NCBI GenBank assembly: GCA_964016885.1
Contig: OZ024756.1
Location: 11,656,001 to 11,720,000 of the forward strand
DNA: 64,000 nucleotides
Source: Eledone cirrhosa
Taxonomy: Eukaryota
Direction: 5' to 3'
Part shown: positions 12,626 to 25,150 of the stretch, piece after piece
Numbering within the stretch: the stretch's first letter is position 1
Layout: each line of letters begins with the position of its first letter
Program-made: the position numbers and the translations under genes
The notes under the pieces: generated by a model
Seen by the model: only the letters and a program-made list of their open reading frames with translations
The model's database searches: none
What the model was told of the DNA's origin: nothing

Positions 12626-13127
12626 GTGCAATAATAGAAAGGTCTGGAACAGCAAGTAATGCTCTACCGATTACTGGCAATCCAGTGCAATAATAGAAAG
12701 GTCTGGAACAGCAAGTGATGCTCTACCGATTACTGGCAATCCAGTGCAATAATAGAAAGGTCTGGAACAGCAAGTGATGCTCTACCGATTACTGGCAATC
12801 CAGTGCAATAATAGAAGGGTCTGGAACAGCAAGTGATGCTCTACCGATTACTGGCAATCCAGTGCAATAATAGAAAGGTCTGGAACAGCAAGTGATGCTC
12901 TACCGATTACTGGCAATCCAGTGCAATAATAGAAAGGTCTGGAACAGCAAGTGATGCTCTACCGATTACTGGCAATCCAGTGCAATAATAGAAAGGTCTG
13001 GAACAGCAAGTGATGCTCTACCGATTACTGGCAATCCAGTGCAATAATAGAAAGGTCTGGAACAGCAAGTAATGCTCTACCGATTACTGGCAATCCAGTG
13101 CAATAATAGAAAGGTCTGGAACAGCAA
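12598..13127. repeat. 59-bp tandem repeat (about 9 copies) spanning a SINE 5' junction
   Basis: Unit TGCTCTACCGATTACTGGCAATCCAGTGCAATAATAGAAAGGTCTGGAACAGCAAGTGA; the first half is the reverse complement of the SINE head. Confidence 0.92.
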
Positions 13128-13369
13128 GAGAAATTGTGTCATTCATCTGAAATATCTGCCAACAGGCTGAGGCCATGCTGGGGGCACTACCATCTTTCTC
13201 ATTTCCCTCTTTTTCTCTTTCCTTTTTCTTATTTTCCTTGTCTTTTTTATCTTTTTTTTTTAAATATCCCTCCCCCTCCCCCTCCAACACTTTCTCTTGC
13301 AAACCTTTCTTTTTGTCTTTATTTTCTTCTTTATAATAATCCTCATCCCCCCTCCACCATCTCCATTCT

Positions 13370-13700
13370 CTCCTCCTTACCCCCTCTTCCTACTTCTTAC
13401 CTTCTCTTCCCCTTACCCTCTCTTCCTACTTCTTACCTTCTCTTCCCCTTACCCTCTCCTCCTACTTCTTACCTTCTCTTCCCCTTACCCCCTCCTACTT
13501 ACCTTCTCTTCCTCTTACCCCTCCTACTTCTTACCCCCTCCTCCCACTTCTTACTTTCTCTCCCCCTACCCCCTCCTACATCTTACATTCTCTTCCCCTT
13601 ACCCCCACATTCTACTTCTTACCTTCTCTTCCCCTTACCCCTCCTCCTACTTATCTTCTCTTCCTCTTATCCCTCTTCATCCTCCTTACCCCACCTCTAG
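13370..13700. repeat. CT-rich low-complexity repeat (CCTACTTCTTACCTTCTCTTCCCCTTACC)
   Basis: Polypyrimidine tandem units. Confidence 0.85.
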
Positions 13701-13804
13701 CACATCCCCGCCACCATCACATCAAGAGCCCTCATTCCCCCCCACCTCCCACTTTCAACTCCCCTCTTATTACATGATGTTCTAAGATAGCATTTGTCAT
13801 TGCT

Positions 13805-14637
13805 GTCATCATCATCACCATCATTATAACTGCCACCACCACCACCATCACCACTACCACAGGCACCACCACCACCACTATCACCACCACTACCACCACC
13901 ATCACCACCATCACCACCAATACCACCACCATCACCACTACCACAAGCACCACCACTACCAGCACCATCACCACAGGCACCACCACCACTACCACCACTA
14001 CCACCACCACATCCACCACCACCATCACCACCACCATCACTACCACCAGCATCACCACCACCATCACCACCATCACCACCACCACAACTACTACCACCAC
14101 CACTACCACCACCACAATTACCACTACCGCCACCACAATTACCACCACCACTACCACTGCCGCCACTACCACAGGCACCACCACCACTACCACAGCGACC
14201 ACCATTACCACCACTACCACAACCACCATCACCACCACCATCACTACCACCAGCATCACCACCACCATCACCACCACCACAACTACTACCACCACAATTA
14301 CCACCACCACTACCACTACCGCCACCACAATTACCACCACCACTACCACTACCGCCACTACCACAAGCACCACCACCACTACCACAGCGACCACCACTAC
14401 CACAGCGACCACCATTACCACCACCACCACCACATCCACCACCACCATCACCACCACCATCACTACCACCAGCATCACCACCACCATCACCACTACCACC
14501 ATCACCACCATCACCACCACCACCACTACTACCACTACTGCCACCACCACTACCACTACCACCACCACCTCAATTACCAGCAGCACCACTACCGCCACCA
14601 CCACAACCACCACCACTACCACCACTACCACCACCAT
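13805..14637. repeat. (CAC)n degenerate microsatellite
   Basis: Triplet repeat. Confidence 0.95.
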
Positions 14638-15429
14638 CGTCCTTGTACCATTCTACTGACATATTCTTGAAGGAATTTCAATTCTTCAGTGTTTACATAG
14701 AAAAGAATTACACCAGGATTAAATATAAACATTTCTTAGCTACACACCAAACCTCTCTTTCCACTCATCACATACACACTAATGCCTACACACACACACA
14801 CACTTGTGTATATACATTCACACAAACATATATATCCCCTCCCCCACACACACACACACACACTCACTCATCATCATCATCACCACCACCACCGTTTTAC
14901 ATCCGTTCTTCCACGTTAACATGGGTTATATATATATAGTGTGGAAGATGGGCGTTAAACAATGATGATATATATATACATCAGATCCTGTATGAGCAAG
15001 ACAAGGTCAGCTGACTGGACACTGCCCACAACAGGACAACCCGTCTAACCCATGCTAGCGTGGAAGAACAGACGTAAAAGGATGATGATGATATACACAC
15101 ACACACACACACACATAATTAACATATATATATATATACACATACACACAATTCAAATGCACACACATCTATATATACATATACACATTTAGCCATATAT
15201 GCATATATACGATATATATGCACCCATATTATATGAGTATATACATATATACATACATATTAAATTCAATACATAGATACAGTTACCCGATCAATTTTGC
15301 CTCAAATGGGACTATTCCCGTCTAACCCATGCTAGCGTGGAAGATAGACGTTAAACGATGATGATGATGTATACAAAACATACATTTATACACATAAACC
15401 GTACATACCAAATAATATATATTCACATA

Positions 15430-15767
15430 CATCATCATCATCATCATATGTTCGCTTTTTCCCTGCTTGCAAGGGTGGGACGGGAACTGATTCTGGCTTG
15501 ATTTCTACAGTTGGATGCCCTTCCTAACACCAACCTCATTTACAGTGAGTGCTGGGTGCTTTTTTGCCGTGGCACCACCACGACCACTTTACAGTGGAAT
15601 GATAGGGACCCCAGTCCCTATCATCTCATTTCTACAGCTGAGTAAACTGGAGCAATGTGAAATAAAGTGTCTTGCTCAAGGAAACAACACATCACCCGGT
15701 CTGAGAATTGAACTCACAACCTTTCGATTGCAAGGCCAATGCTCTAACCACTAAGGCATGTGCCTCC
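15430..15767 (-). mobile_element. Full-length CORE-type tRNA SINE
   Basis: GGAGGCACATG head, B box, CORE-like domain, RTE-like 3' end with (GAT)n. Confidence 0.9.
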
Positions 15768-15854
15768 ACATAAATGTATATATACACACATAGACACGTA
15801 AGTTCATACAAAGAAAAAATAAATATGTTAGCTGTCAAAAATATTCCTTCATAT

Positions 15855-16253
15855 GGAGGCACATGGCTTAGTGGTTAGAGCATTGGGCTTGCAATCGAAA
15901 GGTTGTGAGTTCAATTCTCTGACCAGGTTATGTGTTGTTTCCCTGAGCAAGACGCTTTATTTCACATTGCTCCAGTTTACTCAGCTGTAGAAATGAGATG
16001 ATAGGGACTGGGGTCCCTACCATTCCATTGCAAAGTGGTCGTGGAGGTGCCACGGCAAAAAAAAAGCACCCAGCCCACACTGTAAAGTGGACGTGTAGGC
16101 GCCACGGCAAAATTAAGCACCCAGCACTCACTGTAAATGAGGTTGGTGTTAGGAAGGGCATCCAGCTGTAAAAATCAAGCCAGAATCAGTTCCCTTCCCA
16201 CCCTTGCAAGCAGGGAAAAGCGGACGTAAAATGATGATGATGATGATGATGAT
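15855..16253 (+). mobile_element. Full-length CORE-type tRNA SINE
   Basis: GGAGGCACATGGCTTAGTGGTTAGAGC...GAGTTCAATTC...CCCTGAGCAAGACGCTTTATTTCACATTGCTCCAGTTTACTCAGCTGTAGAAATG...GGACGTAAAATGATGATG. Confidence 0.9.
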
Positions 16254-16498
16254 ATCTATGAATATGTTAAGTATATTTGTAGAGGAGAAGAAAAAGGAGT
16301 TTTTGATGTTGTATTTAGAATCAAGAGATAAAGTAAGTTTGGATATCAATCATATGTATTATAAGTATAATTAAATGTATGTCAACTTATATATATGTGT
16401 GAGATATATCATTAGAATGAAGGAATGTTGTTATGTCTTATAGAGTCATCAGATGTATATACTTACATATCTAGATGTAATTATATCCAAAACATAAC

Positions 16499-16572
16499 TA
16501 TTTCATCTGAAGAATGGGCTGGACGTTTCTGTAAGGATCGTCTAGTCTCTCGAAACCTTTAATAATAGAATA
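16499..16572 (+). ncRNA. Degenerate minimal type-I hammerhead ribozyme motif (Penelope-like)
   Basis: tatttcat-CTGAAGA-stem II (ggctggacg/cgtctagtc)-GAAA-cctttaata-atagaata; homologous to 60591-60663. Confidence 0.5.
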
Positions 16573-17021
16573 ACTATATTGTGTTGTTTATTATGTAATT
16601 ACATATATATGTATATATATATATATATATACATATATATACATATATATACATATATATATAATTACATACATATATATATACATATATATATGTATAT
16701 ATATATGACTTTGACACACACATACACCATGTCTTTTACACACACACATACACCATGTCTCTGACACACACACACATACAGCATGTTATTGGCACACACC
16801 ATTCCTCTTACCCCCCTCCCCCACACACCATTCCTCTGACCCCACCCCACCCCCACCATGTCACAGAATTCTACAATTACAACCATTGAAGAGATGTTTA
16901 TTCCGGTAGAAAACAAAACAAAACAAATCAGTGACAAAAGAAAAAAAAGGGAATAAGAAAGATTTAGTGTCGGTCATTATTTTATTGAAAATGGGTTAAT
17001 ACAGACACATACATACATATA

Positions 17022-17094
<73 letters not shown>

Positions 17095-17095
<1 letters not shown>

Positions 17096-17762
17096 AAGCA
17101 TAAACGAACTAAGGAAAAAATTAGAAATAAGAGGGATCAGATGTTGTTTACTCGAGAGAAGGCTATGTTGGTATGGACACGTGATGCGCATGAAAGTCGA
17201 TAGCTGTATAACAAAGTGCAGGGCAATAAAGATAGACGGTAGTCACGGAATAGGCAGACCTAGAAAAACCTGGGACGAGCTGATAAACTCCGACCTCACA
17301 CACTTACACCTCTCCAAGACAATGTCACTGGACCGAGACCTTTGGCGGTACTCAGTAACAGAGAAGACCCGCCTTACCTAAATACATAGTAAAACCTACT
17401 ACAGCCAGTAGGCATCTCTAACAAAATACACCCCGTCCCACCACCCCCACCCCATCCACACCACCCCGTTCTATGTAAAGTTATGTTGGTGCCGTGCCAT
17501 CCAGGCCGAAACAAATGAGATCGTGTAGGTGTCACGACAAAAAAACACACAGTCCACGCTGTAATGTGGCCGTGTAGGCAACACGGTAAAAACCTCCCAG
17601 ACCCATACTGTAAATGTGGTTGGTGTTAGGAAGGGCATCCAACTGTAGAAAACCTGCCAGACAGTCCTATGCGAGCAAGACAATCACTCTTGCCTCAAGT
17701 GGGACTACCCCCGTCCAAACCCATGCAAGCGTGGAACACGGACGTTAAACGTTGATGATGAT
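17095..17762 (+). mobile_element. RTE LINE 3' fragment (ORF C-terminus, 3'UTR and (GAT)n)
   Basis: Encodes ...WYGHVMRMKVDSCITKCRAIKIDGSHGIGRPRKTWDELI...DRDLWR; same family as 33008-35378. Confidence 0.9.
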
Positions 17763-17787
17763 ATATATATATATATATAGACATATA

Positions 17788-19080
17788 CAGGGTGCGGACG
17801 ATATCTGCTCGCAAGATTACTGTCTAGGAAAAAATAACACAGTAGTTTTATTTTTTAAGATATATTTATCAAACTTGGGTCAGTTTGTCATCATGACTTG
17901 TTCTTTCGATCTCACTCGATAAACCTGCCATTGGCTTTGATGACGGCCTCAAGGCGGCCTCGGAACCGGCTACAGGCCTTCGTCACTGTCCCCCCGACTT
18001 AGGCCCCTAAAGGCACTTGTGATCCTGGCCTTCAGATCGTCTTTCGTATTGCAGCTAGATCTGTTGGTGTCTCGTTCCACTGCGCCCCACACAAAGAAGT
18101 CGAAGGGGTTGCAGTCAGGCGAGCTGGGAGGCCAGAGGTCAGGTGAAGTGTGGTCGACGAAGTTCTCTGACAGCCTGGCTTGGGTCTTTCGGCTGGTTTG
18201 GTAGGGCGCTGACTCTTGCTGCCACACGTACGGCTTACCTGCAGCTACCTGGTCGATTCAGGGCTTTACTACCTCACTCAGAACACGGATGTAGCCATCG
18301 GTGTTCAGCTTGAGGCCCTCAGGGAAGAAGTGAGGTGGCATGACGTCACCTTGACTACTGACCACACCCAAGACTGATGAAATGTTGTCTGCATGACTCT
18401 GGGCACGTCTTTGATGAGACAGCGAACCACCTGTTGTTCTGGGAGTTGATCCTCTGGTCTTGGCAGAAGTTTTTCTCGTCAGAAAAACCACACTATGTCT
18501 GGCTCTACTGGGTGTTTCAACTTGTTGATCAGCTTCTTTGCGTGCTTCAGTCACTTTTCTTGCATCGCCTTTGACAGAAATTGTCCTTTCCTCATCTTGT
18601 ATGAAACGTAGCGAATGTCTTCATGTACCACCAGCCTAATGAGCTTTTCATCCACGCCTTTCTCCCTTGCAATGGCACGCATCAACTTGCTAGATTCATT
18701 GTTGATGATATCCTGAACTTCAGCGACGAACTCGGGCATTCTGAAGGCGTCAGATCGTCGATCATGTGTTTTCCTCTCTGATGTTGCTTCGTAGTCGAAT
18801 CCTGAATGTTCCAATTCCTTTCAGACCTTTTCCATCATACTCCTGCTGACGCTGAGAAAGTCTGAAATTTCCTTTTGTCCTCCCGGTGCGGATTCCAAGA
18901 AGAACTCCGTGTCTCTTCCACAAATTTGGAGGTTCAAAATTATTCATAATCAATTATTCTGAAAATAAATAATGGAAATATAGACACTGTTTTTATGAAG
19001 ACAAGAGTGACAACGAAAGTAGAAAAAATTTGCATAAAATTAGCAGTTGAAAATTGCAAACAAATATTGTCCACACCCTG
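17788..19080 (-). mobile_element. Full-length Tc1/mariner DNA transposon, DD37D (maT) family, with a frameshifted transposase pseudogene
   Basis: TA|CAGGGTGCGGACGATATCTGCTCGCAA ... TTGCAAACAAATATTGTCCACACCCTG|TA imperfect TIRs. Fragments include an HTH (MRAIAREKGVDEKLIRLVVHEDI), FSDEKNF, WQQESAP and WPPSSPDCNPFDFFVWG; 37 residues separate the 2nd and 3rd catalytic positions. Confidence 0.93.
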
Positions 19081-19164
19081 TACATACATATAGACATATA
19101 TATATATATATATATAGACATATACATATATAGATGTATATAGACATATAGACATATACATACA

Positions 19165-19196
<32 letters not shown>

Positions 19197-19200
19197 ATTT

Positions 19201-19540
19201 CATCATCATCATTTCATTTTACGTCCGCTTTTTCCCTGCTTGCAAGGGTGGGACGGGAACTGATGCTGGCTTGATTTCTACAGCTGGATGCCCTTCCTAA
19301 CACCAACCTCATTTACAGTGAGTGCTGGGTGCTTTTTTGCCGTGGCACCTCCACGACCACTTTGCAGTGGAATGATATGGACCCCAGTCCCTATCATCTC
19401 ATTTCTACAGCTGAGTAAACTGGAGCAATGTGAAATAAAGTGTCTTGCTCAAGGAAACAACACATCACTCGGTCTGAGAATTGAACTCACAACCTTTCGA
19501 TTGCAAGGCCAATGCTCTAACCACTAAGCCATGTGCCTCC
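19201..19540 (-). mobile_element. Full-length CORE-type tRNA SINE
   Basis: Near-identical to 15430-15767. Confidence 0.9.
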
Positions 19541-20018
19541 ATATATATAGACATATACATATATAGACATATACATATATAGACATATATATACATACAT
19601 ATATAGAGATATACATATATAGACATATACATAAACATACATATACATATATAGTCATATAGACATATATACACACATATATAGACATATACATACATAT
19701 AGATATAGACTTATACATACACACATATAGACACATACATACACTTATATATATATATAGACATAGACATACATATTCAGACATATACATAAACACACTC
19801 TTCTGTCATATACAGACTTCTAACATATATGAAGCTGATATTTTCACTATCTCCCCCCCCCCCCACACACACACACAATTAGGTGGTTCAGTAGATCCAT
19901 GGGTCATAAACCCCAGAGAGTCACCCTATTTATTATTGGATATAGTGAACCAGTAACCTTTTCTTCAGTTAGAATTTAGGAAATATAAACTGCATCATTA
20001 CATTAATTAATTAACTGA

Positions 20019-20592
20019 TTAACTCTTTAGCATTCACATTACTCTATATATACTATTGTATTTTCACAGTAAAGGCTTTACCTCACATAATATCTCACAT
20101 AACATTCACATTACTCTATATATACTATTGTATTTTCATGGTAAAGGCTTTACCTTACATAATATCTCATAACATTCACATTACTCTATATATACTATTG
20201 TATTTTCATGGTAAAGGCTTTACCTCACATAATATCTCACATAACATTCACATTACTCTATATATACTATTGTATTTTCACAGTAAAGGCTTTACCTCAC
20301 ATAATATCTCACATAACATTCACATTACTCTATATATACTATTGTATTTTCATGGTAAAGGCTTTACCTCACATAATATCTCACATAACATTCACATTAC
20401 TCTATATATACTATTGTATTTTCATGGTAAAGGCTTTACCTCATAATTATCTCGCATAATATCGAATCTATGAAAGTTTGAAAGTATTTATTTTGAGAAC
20501 AATACCTTAACATCAGTATGAGCGACCAGTTACAGCCAGTTTCAACAGAAAGAGGTAGAGAATTCTGGCCGGTTTGAACATTAAAGGGTTAA
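20019..20592. mobile_element. piggyBac-type TTAA MITE with about 6 internal 72-bp tandem units
   Basis: TTAACTCTTTAG...TAAAGGGTTAA; same family as 44699-44926. Confidence 0.82.
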
Positions 20593-21374
20593 ATACAAAA
20601 CTCCTAAACCAAAGTTTTCTTTAATTAGTGTCTGTACCTCACAGAACATACCAGAACAAAAACCTAACTAGATCTAGTCTCGGTTTAAGTATTATATACA
20701 AAAATTTGTTTATTTTAATTTTATTTTATTAATTCACCGAATGCTTCCATGAGCTGCACAAAACTCTTTGGCTGGCCACATTTGACCCGCGGTCTGTAGC
20801 TTTCTCACACCTACTCTATACAATGGCAGAGTGTATATATTGAAAACAAAGCCGGGTTTCACATTAAGCTCTTTATTGATTACACATAATTGCGACCATT
20901 TCACAGATGGGGGGGGGGGGGGGGGGGGCTCAGGATCTGTATAAATGATATAGACCTGACTCTAGATCAACCTGCTCTTCAGATGTAAGAAGGAAAAGCA
21001 AAGCTCACCCTCAGAAGGATTTGAACCCTGGATGTAAAGGGCCATAACTATATGCCATAAAGGATGTTGTCCGATACTCTACCGATCCTATCAGTCCACT
21101 GTCCTACCATAATAATGATAATAGTAAAAACAGTTGATCGCTATAAATAATAGCTGAGAAAATCATGTCGGGTACCGCTGGAGATGGAAACAAATAGACA
21201 AAGGTGTCTACAAGGAATTCAACCGTCTGTTTCTAGTATACCAGCCATTAACTACTTTAATGGTTTACCGACTAACCCAGCAATCCTTGCCAGGGCTACT
21301 GTCCCCAGGGTTACTTTGCCCAATTATTTTCAACTATTGTTTGTATTGATTGACATATATTGATTTAATCACCT

Positions 21375-21770
21375 TAAAGTACCAGTAACACACTGGGTCG
21401 ACGATTTAATCAACTTTTTCCTCCCCCCAAATTGCTGGCCTTGTGCATAAATCAGAAACCATTATTATTATTATTATTATGGTGGTGGATTGGCAGTATC
21501 GGTAGAGCGCCAGACATCATGCTTCGTGACACAGAGTTACGGCCCTTTACGTTGTGAGTTCAAATCCCACCAAGGTTAGCTTTGCCTTTCATTCTAATGG
21601 GGTCGATAAAGTAACAATCATCATTATGTTCTTGGGTTTAAATCTCGCTGAGGTTACCTTTACCCTTCGTCCTTACTGGGGTCAGTAAAATAAAGCACCA
21701 GTAATGCATTGGGGGCCAAGCCAATCAACTCCCCCCCCCCCTTGTACCTAAACCAGAAACTATTATTATG
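21375..21770 (+). mobile_element. Tandem (ATT)-tail SINE copies
   Basis: Head GGTGGATTGGCAGTATCGGTAGAG at 21484, B box GAGTTCAAATCC, (ATT)n between copies. Confidence 0.75.
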
Positions 21771-22473
21771 GTCCTTTGCTTTGGAGTGCACACATTACAA
21801 ATATGCTTTATTTGTTCCAATGTAAATGCACCCTTTAAGGGTTTAAGATTATTTCTACACTAGATTAAAAGAAAAACGATAAATAAAAATAACTTAAAAG
21901 TTCCTCAATGAATGCCTTTTCTTTTAAGTACAAGATTGTTTACATATATCCCAAATATGTTGATGCGCCTGCATTAACAATCATCTAAATTCTTCTCATA
22001 CAAGAAGTACATTTAAATGTAATTCCATCCCTGCCTGCTTGGGTTTCTCTTCAAGAGCTGATCTTTAACTTTTAATGCCTTCTACAACATGAAATGACAT
22101 TAACAAGACATTCTAGCATAAAACTGTATCATGTTGAAATCTGAAGTATTTCCTCTAATACTGCACATTTTTACAACCTGTATCATGTTGAAATCTGAAC
22201 TATTTCCTCTAATACTGCACATTTTTACAACCTGTCCTCTAATAAATATACTATAAACATCTAAATTAACAAACTACATGATATTACATTACAATGACCT
22301 TCTTGAAATATATAAAACACCACTATTAATATCCCCCCCCCCCCCTCCCACGTCTTCCTAGCCTCTCATCTTAGAAGTACTTGAAAAATTATCAGTGGTT
22401 TCGGCTTGACACTGCAGTACGGATTCTACATATCTCTATATACACACACGTGTGTGTATATATATATATAAAT

Positions 22474-22779
22474 GGAGGCACATGGTTTAGTGGTTAGAGC
22501 ATTGGCCTTGCAATCGAAAGGTTGTGAGTTCAATTCTCAGACCGGGTGATGTGTTGTTTCCTTGAACAAGACACTTTATTTCACATTGCTCCAGTTTACT
22601 CAGCTGTAGAAATGAGATGATAGGGACTGGGGTCCCTATCATTCCACTGCAAAGTGGTCGTGGAGGTGCCACGGCAAAAAAAAGCACCCAGCACTCACTG
22701 TAAATGAGGTTGGTGTTAGCAAGGGCATCCAGCTGTAGAAATCAAGCCAGAATCAGTTCCCGTCCCACCCTTGCAAGCA
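22474..22779 (+). mobile_element. CORE-type tRNA SINE, 3'-truncated
   Basis: GGAGGCACATGGTTTAGTGGTTAGAGC head and CORE-like domain. Confidence 0.88.
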
Positions 22780-22818
22780 TATATATATATATAAAAATAA
22801 ACAAACAATGAAATTTTG

Positions 22819-23093
22819 TTTACATTTATTTAGATATTTGTGTATCGACCTGTTACATGTGTTTCACAAAGGATTGGCTTGGAGTCAACCATAGAAGTTG
22901 TGGAGCTGACTCCATTATCAATCTCCTCTTAAGAGTGGCGATGTGACAAAATATAAACACTATATTTTTTTGTCACATCGCCAGTCTGAAGAACAGATCG
23001 AGTATGCAGCCGGGTCCATAACTTCTATGGGTGACCCCGAGCCAATCCTCTGTAAAACATATGTAGCGGGTCATTACACAATAAAAATGTAAA
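22819..23093. mobile_element. Inverted pair of Penelope-like terminal repeats, each with a hammerhead-like core
   Basis: Imperfect inverted repeat with ~130-bp arms (22819-22951 / 22967-23093). Right arm: CTGAAGA(22986)-acaga...tctgt-AAAA-CATATG-TA. The left arm retains GAAACACATGTA on the minus strand. Confidence 0.55.
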
Positions 23094-23149
23094 TATGTGC
23101 ATAGGGTTCTTGTATTGGTACCAACACCAGTAATTCACTGAATCACCTA

Positions 23150-23208
<59 letters not shown>

Positions 23209-23388
23209 ATTTATCCTATGCTGCAGGATGTATAGTTTATGGAGGACATAAACAAATATCACTCCTGGCTTATATAAATTGTGTCAATGACATTGTAGTG
23301 TTTCAGCCAATATACAGGGTAAGACATGTGTTATGTCACCCTTTGTCCTTTATATATTTCTACTGCGCATTCTACTGGATTTTTAAAA

Positions 23389-23650
23389 CATCATCATCAT
23401 CATCATCATCATCATCATTGTTTAACGTCCATGTTCCACGCTTGCATGGGTTTGGACGGGAGTTTTCCCACTTGAGGCAAAAGTGGTTGTCTTGCTCGCA
23501 TAGTGTGTATTTTGTTAGAGATGCCTACTGACTGTAGTAGATTTTACTTTGTATTTAGGTAAGGTGGGTCTTCTCTATTACTGAGTACCGCCAAAGGTCT
23601 CGGTCCAGTGACATTGTCTTGGAGAGGTGTAAGTGTGTGAGGTCGGAATT
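23389..23650 (-). mobile_element. RTE LINE 3' fragment with internal deletion
   Basis: (CAT)n tail and 3'UTR, joined to ORF-end sequence matching 33480-33630. Confidence 0.8.
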
Positions 23651-23684
<34 letters not shown>

Positions 23685-23714
23685 CATATGTATGCGTGTG
23701 TGTGTGTGTGCACA

Positions 23715-23745
<31 letters not shown>

Positions 23746-23974
23746 TGTGTATGTATATATACGTATGTCTCTTCCTGCTATTTCCAGCGTTAAACTAATA
23801 TATTCCTTCCATATATACTGTGCTGTTTGTTTTGTTACTTCTGTTTACCTTTTACTCATATATATATATATATCATCATCATCATCGTTTAACATCCATC
23901 TTCTACGCTAGCATGGGTTAGACGGTTTGGTTCCACTTGATGCTGGATCGGTCAGGAGACTGTCTCGCTCGTAC

Positions 23975-24932
23975 TAGAGAAGAAATTCTGAACATGGAAA
24001 CAGCCTAGAAAGAAGGGGTCTTAAAGTCAACCTGACAAAGATTAAGGTCCTAGTAGAAGAGAAAACAGAACCCTGATCCCCTCGAAGAAATAGCCTTGTT
24101 CAGTGTGTAGGAAAGGTATTGGTAGAAATTCCATCCTCTGCCCCATATGCAAACTATGGGTACACAAAAGATGTAAGTGGGATCTCAGGAAGTTTAGCTA
24201 AGAATGTAGGCTTTACATGTAGCAGCTGTGCCGGGACAGTAAGCAGCAAACAACCACAGGAAACAAGTGCTACCAAATTCTGGGAAGGCGCTGTAGAAAC
24301 AATAGACAGTTTCTGCTACTTGGGTGACTGAATTAGCAGCTGTGGTGGGTGTTCTGAAAGTACAGTAGCCAGAGTAAGAACGGGATGGAGGAAGTTCAGG
24401 GAGCTACTGTCACTGCTGACTACGAAAGGCTTCTCTCGCAAAATGAAAGGCAGACTGTATGATGCGTGCGTATGAACAGCAATGTCGCACGGTAGTGAGA
24501 CCTGGGAGCTGTGTGCAGAAGACTTGCGTAGATTGGAAAGAAATGAAGTTTGCATGTTCCGATGGATGTGTGATAGTAATATACATGAATATACATGAAG
24601 GGCAAAGAATAAATGAACTGAGAGAGAAACTAGGTATAAGAGGAATCAGATGTTGTGTACAAGAGAGGAGATTACGTTGGTATGGACATGTGATGCATAT
24701 GAAGGATGACGGCTGTATAAAAAGGTGCAGAGAACTTGAAGTGGGGATGAGGTGATAAAAGCTGATCTTGCCCAATTGTACTTCTCAAAGGTGGTAATAC
24801 AGAATTTCAGATGTTATGCAACTGTAGAAACCAAGCCCAAATCGGTTCTGTATAAGCAAGGCATTGTCACTTGACCTAGCATTGCCAACAACAGGACAAC
24901 TTGCCTAACCCATGCTAGCGTGGAAGAATGGA
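23975..24932 (+). mobile_element. Decayed RTE LINE fragment (post-RT region, PHD-like finger, C-terminus)
   Basis: Pieces translate as LKVNLTKIKVL, ETIDSFCYLGD, RVRTGWRKFREL and ERRLRWYGHVMHMKDD. Confidence 0.88.
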
Positions 24933-24991
24933 CTACCCCTACAACCCTCTCAGGAATAAGTGGGCTAGGAAGAAGAAAAATGTGTGTGTGT

Positions 24992-25029
<38 letters not shown>

Positions 25030-25150
25030 CACACACTACACACTGTATTTTCTAGAATATATTTCTTGTTAGTGTATAATTGTGGTATATAATGTATAAC
25101 ATGTCTAGAAATGTCTAATCACAGGTATTATTTGATATTTATATTTACAG

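Noticed and set aside
15515-15754. Recurrent 79-aa ORF MPFLTPTSFTVSAG...QGQCSNH as a gene family
   Set aside because: It is the antisense reading of the SINE and recurs because the SINE recurs.
15855-15930. tRNA gene
   Set aside because: A and B boxes are present, but the acceptor and anticodon stems are broken and it continues into a SINE body in all copies.
20740-20815. hAT/Charlie-like MITE end (also 5410-5620)
   Set aside because: Too degenerate; no matching second terminus or 8-bp TSD found.
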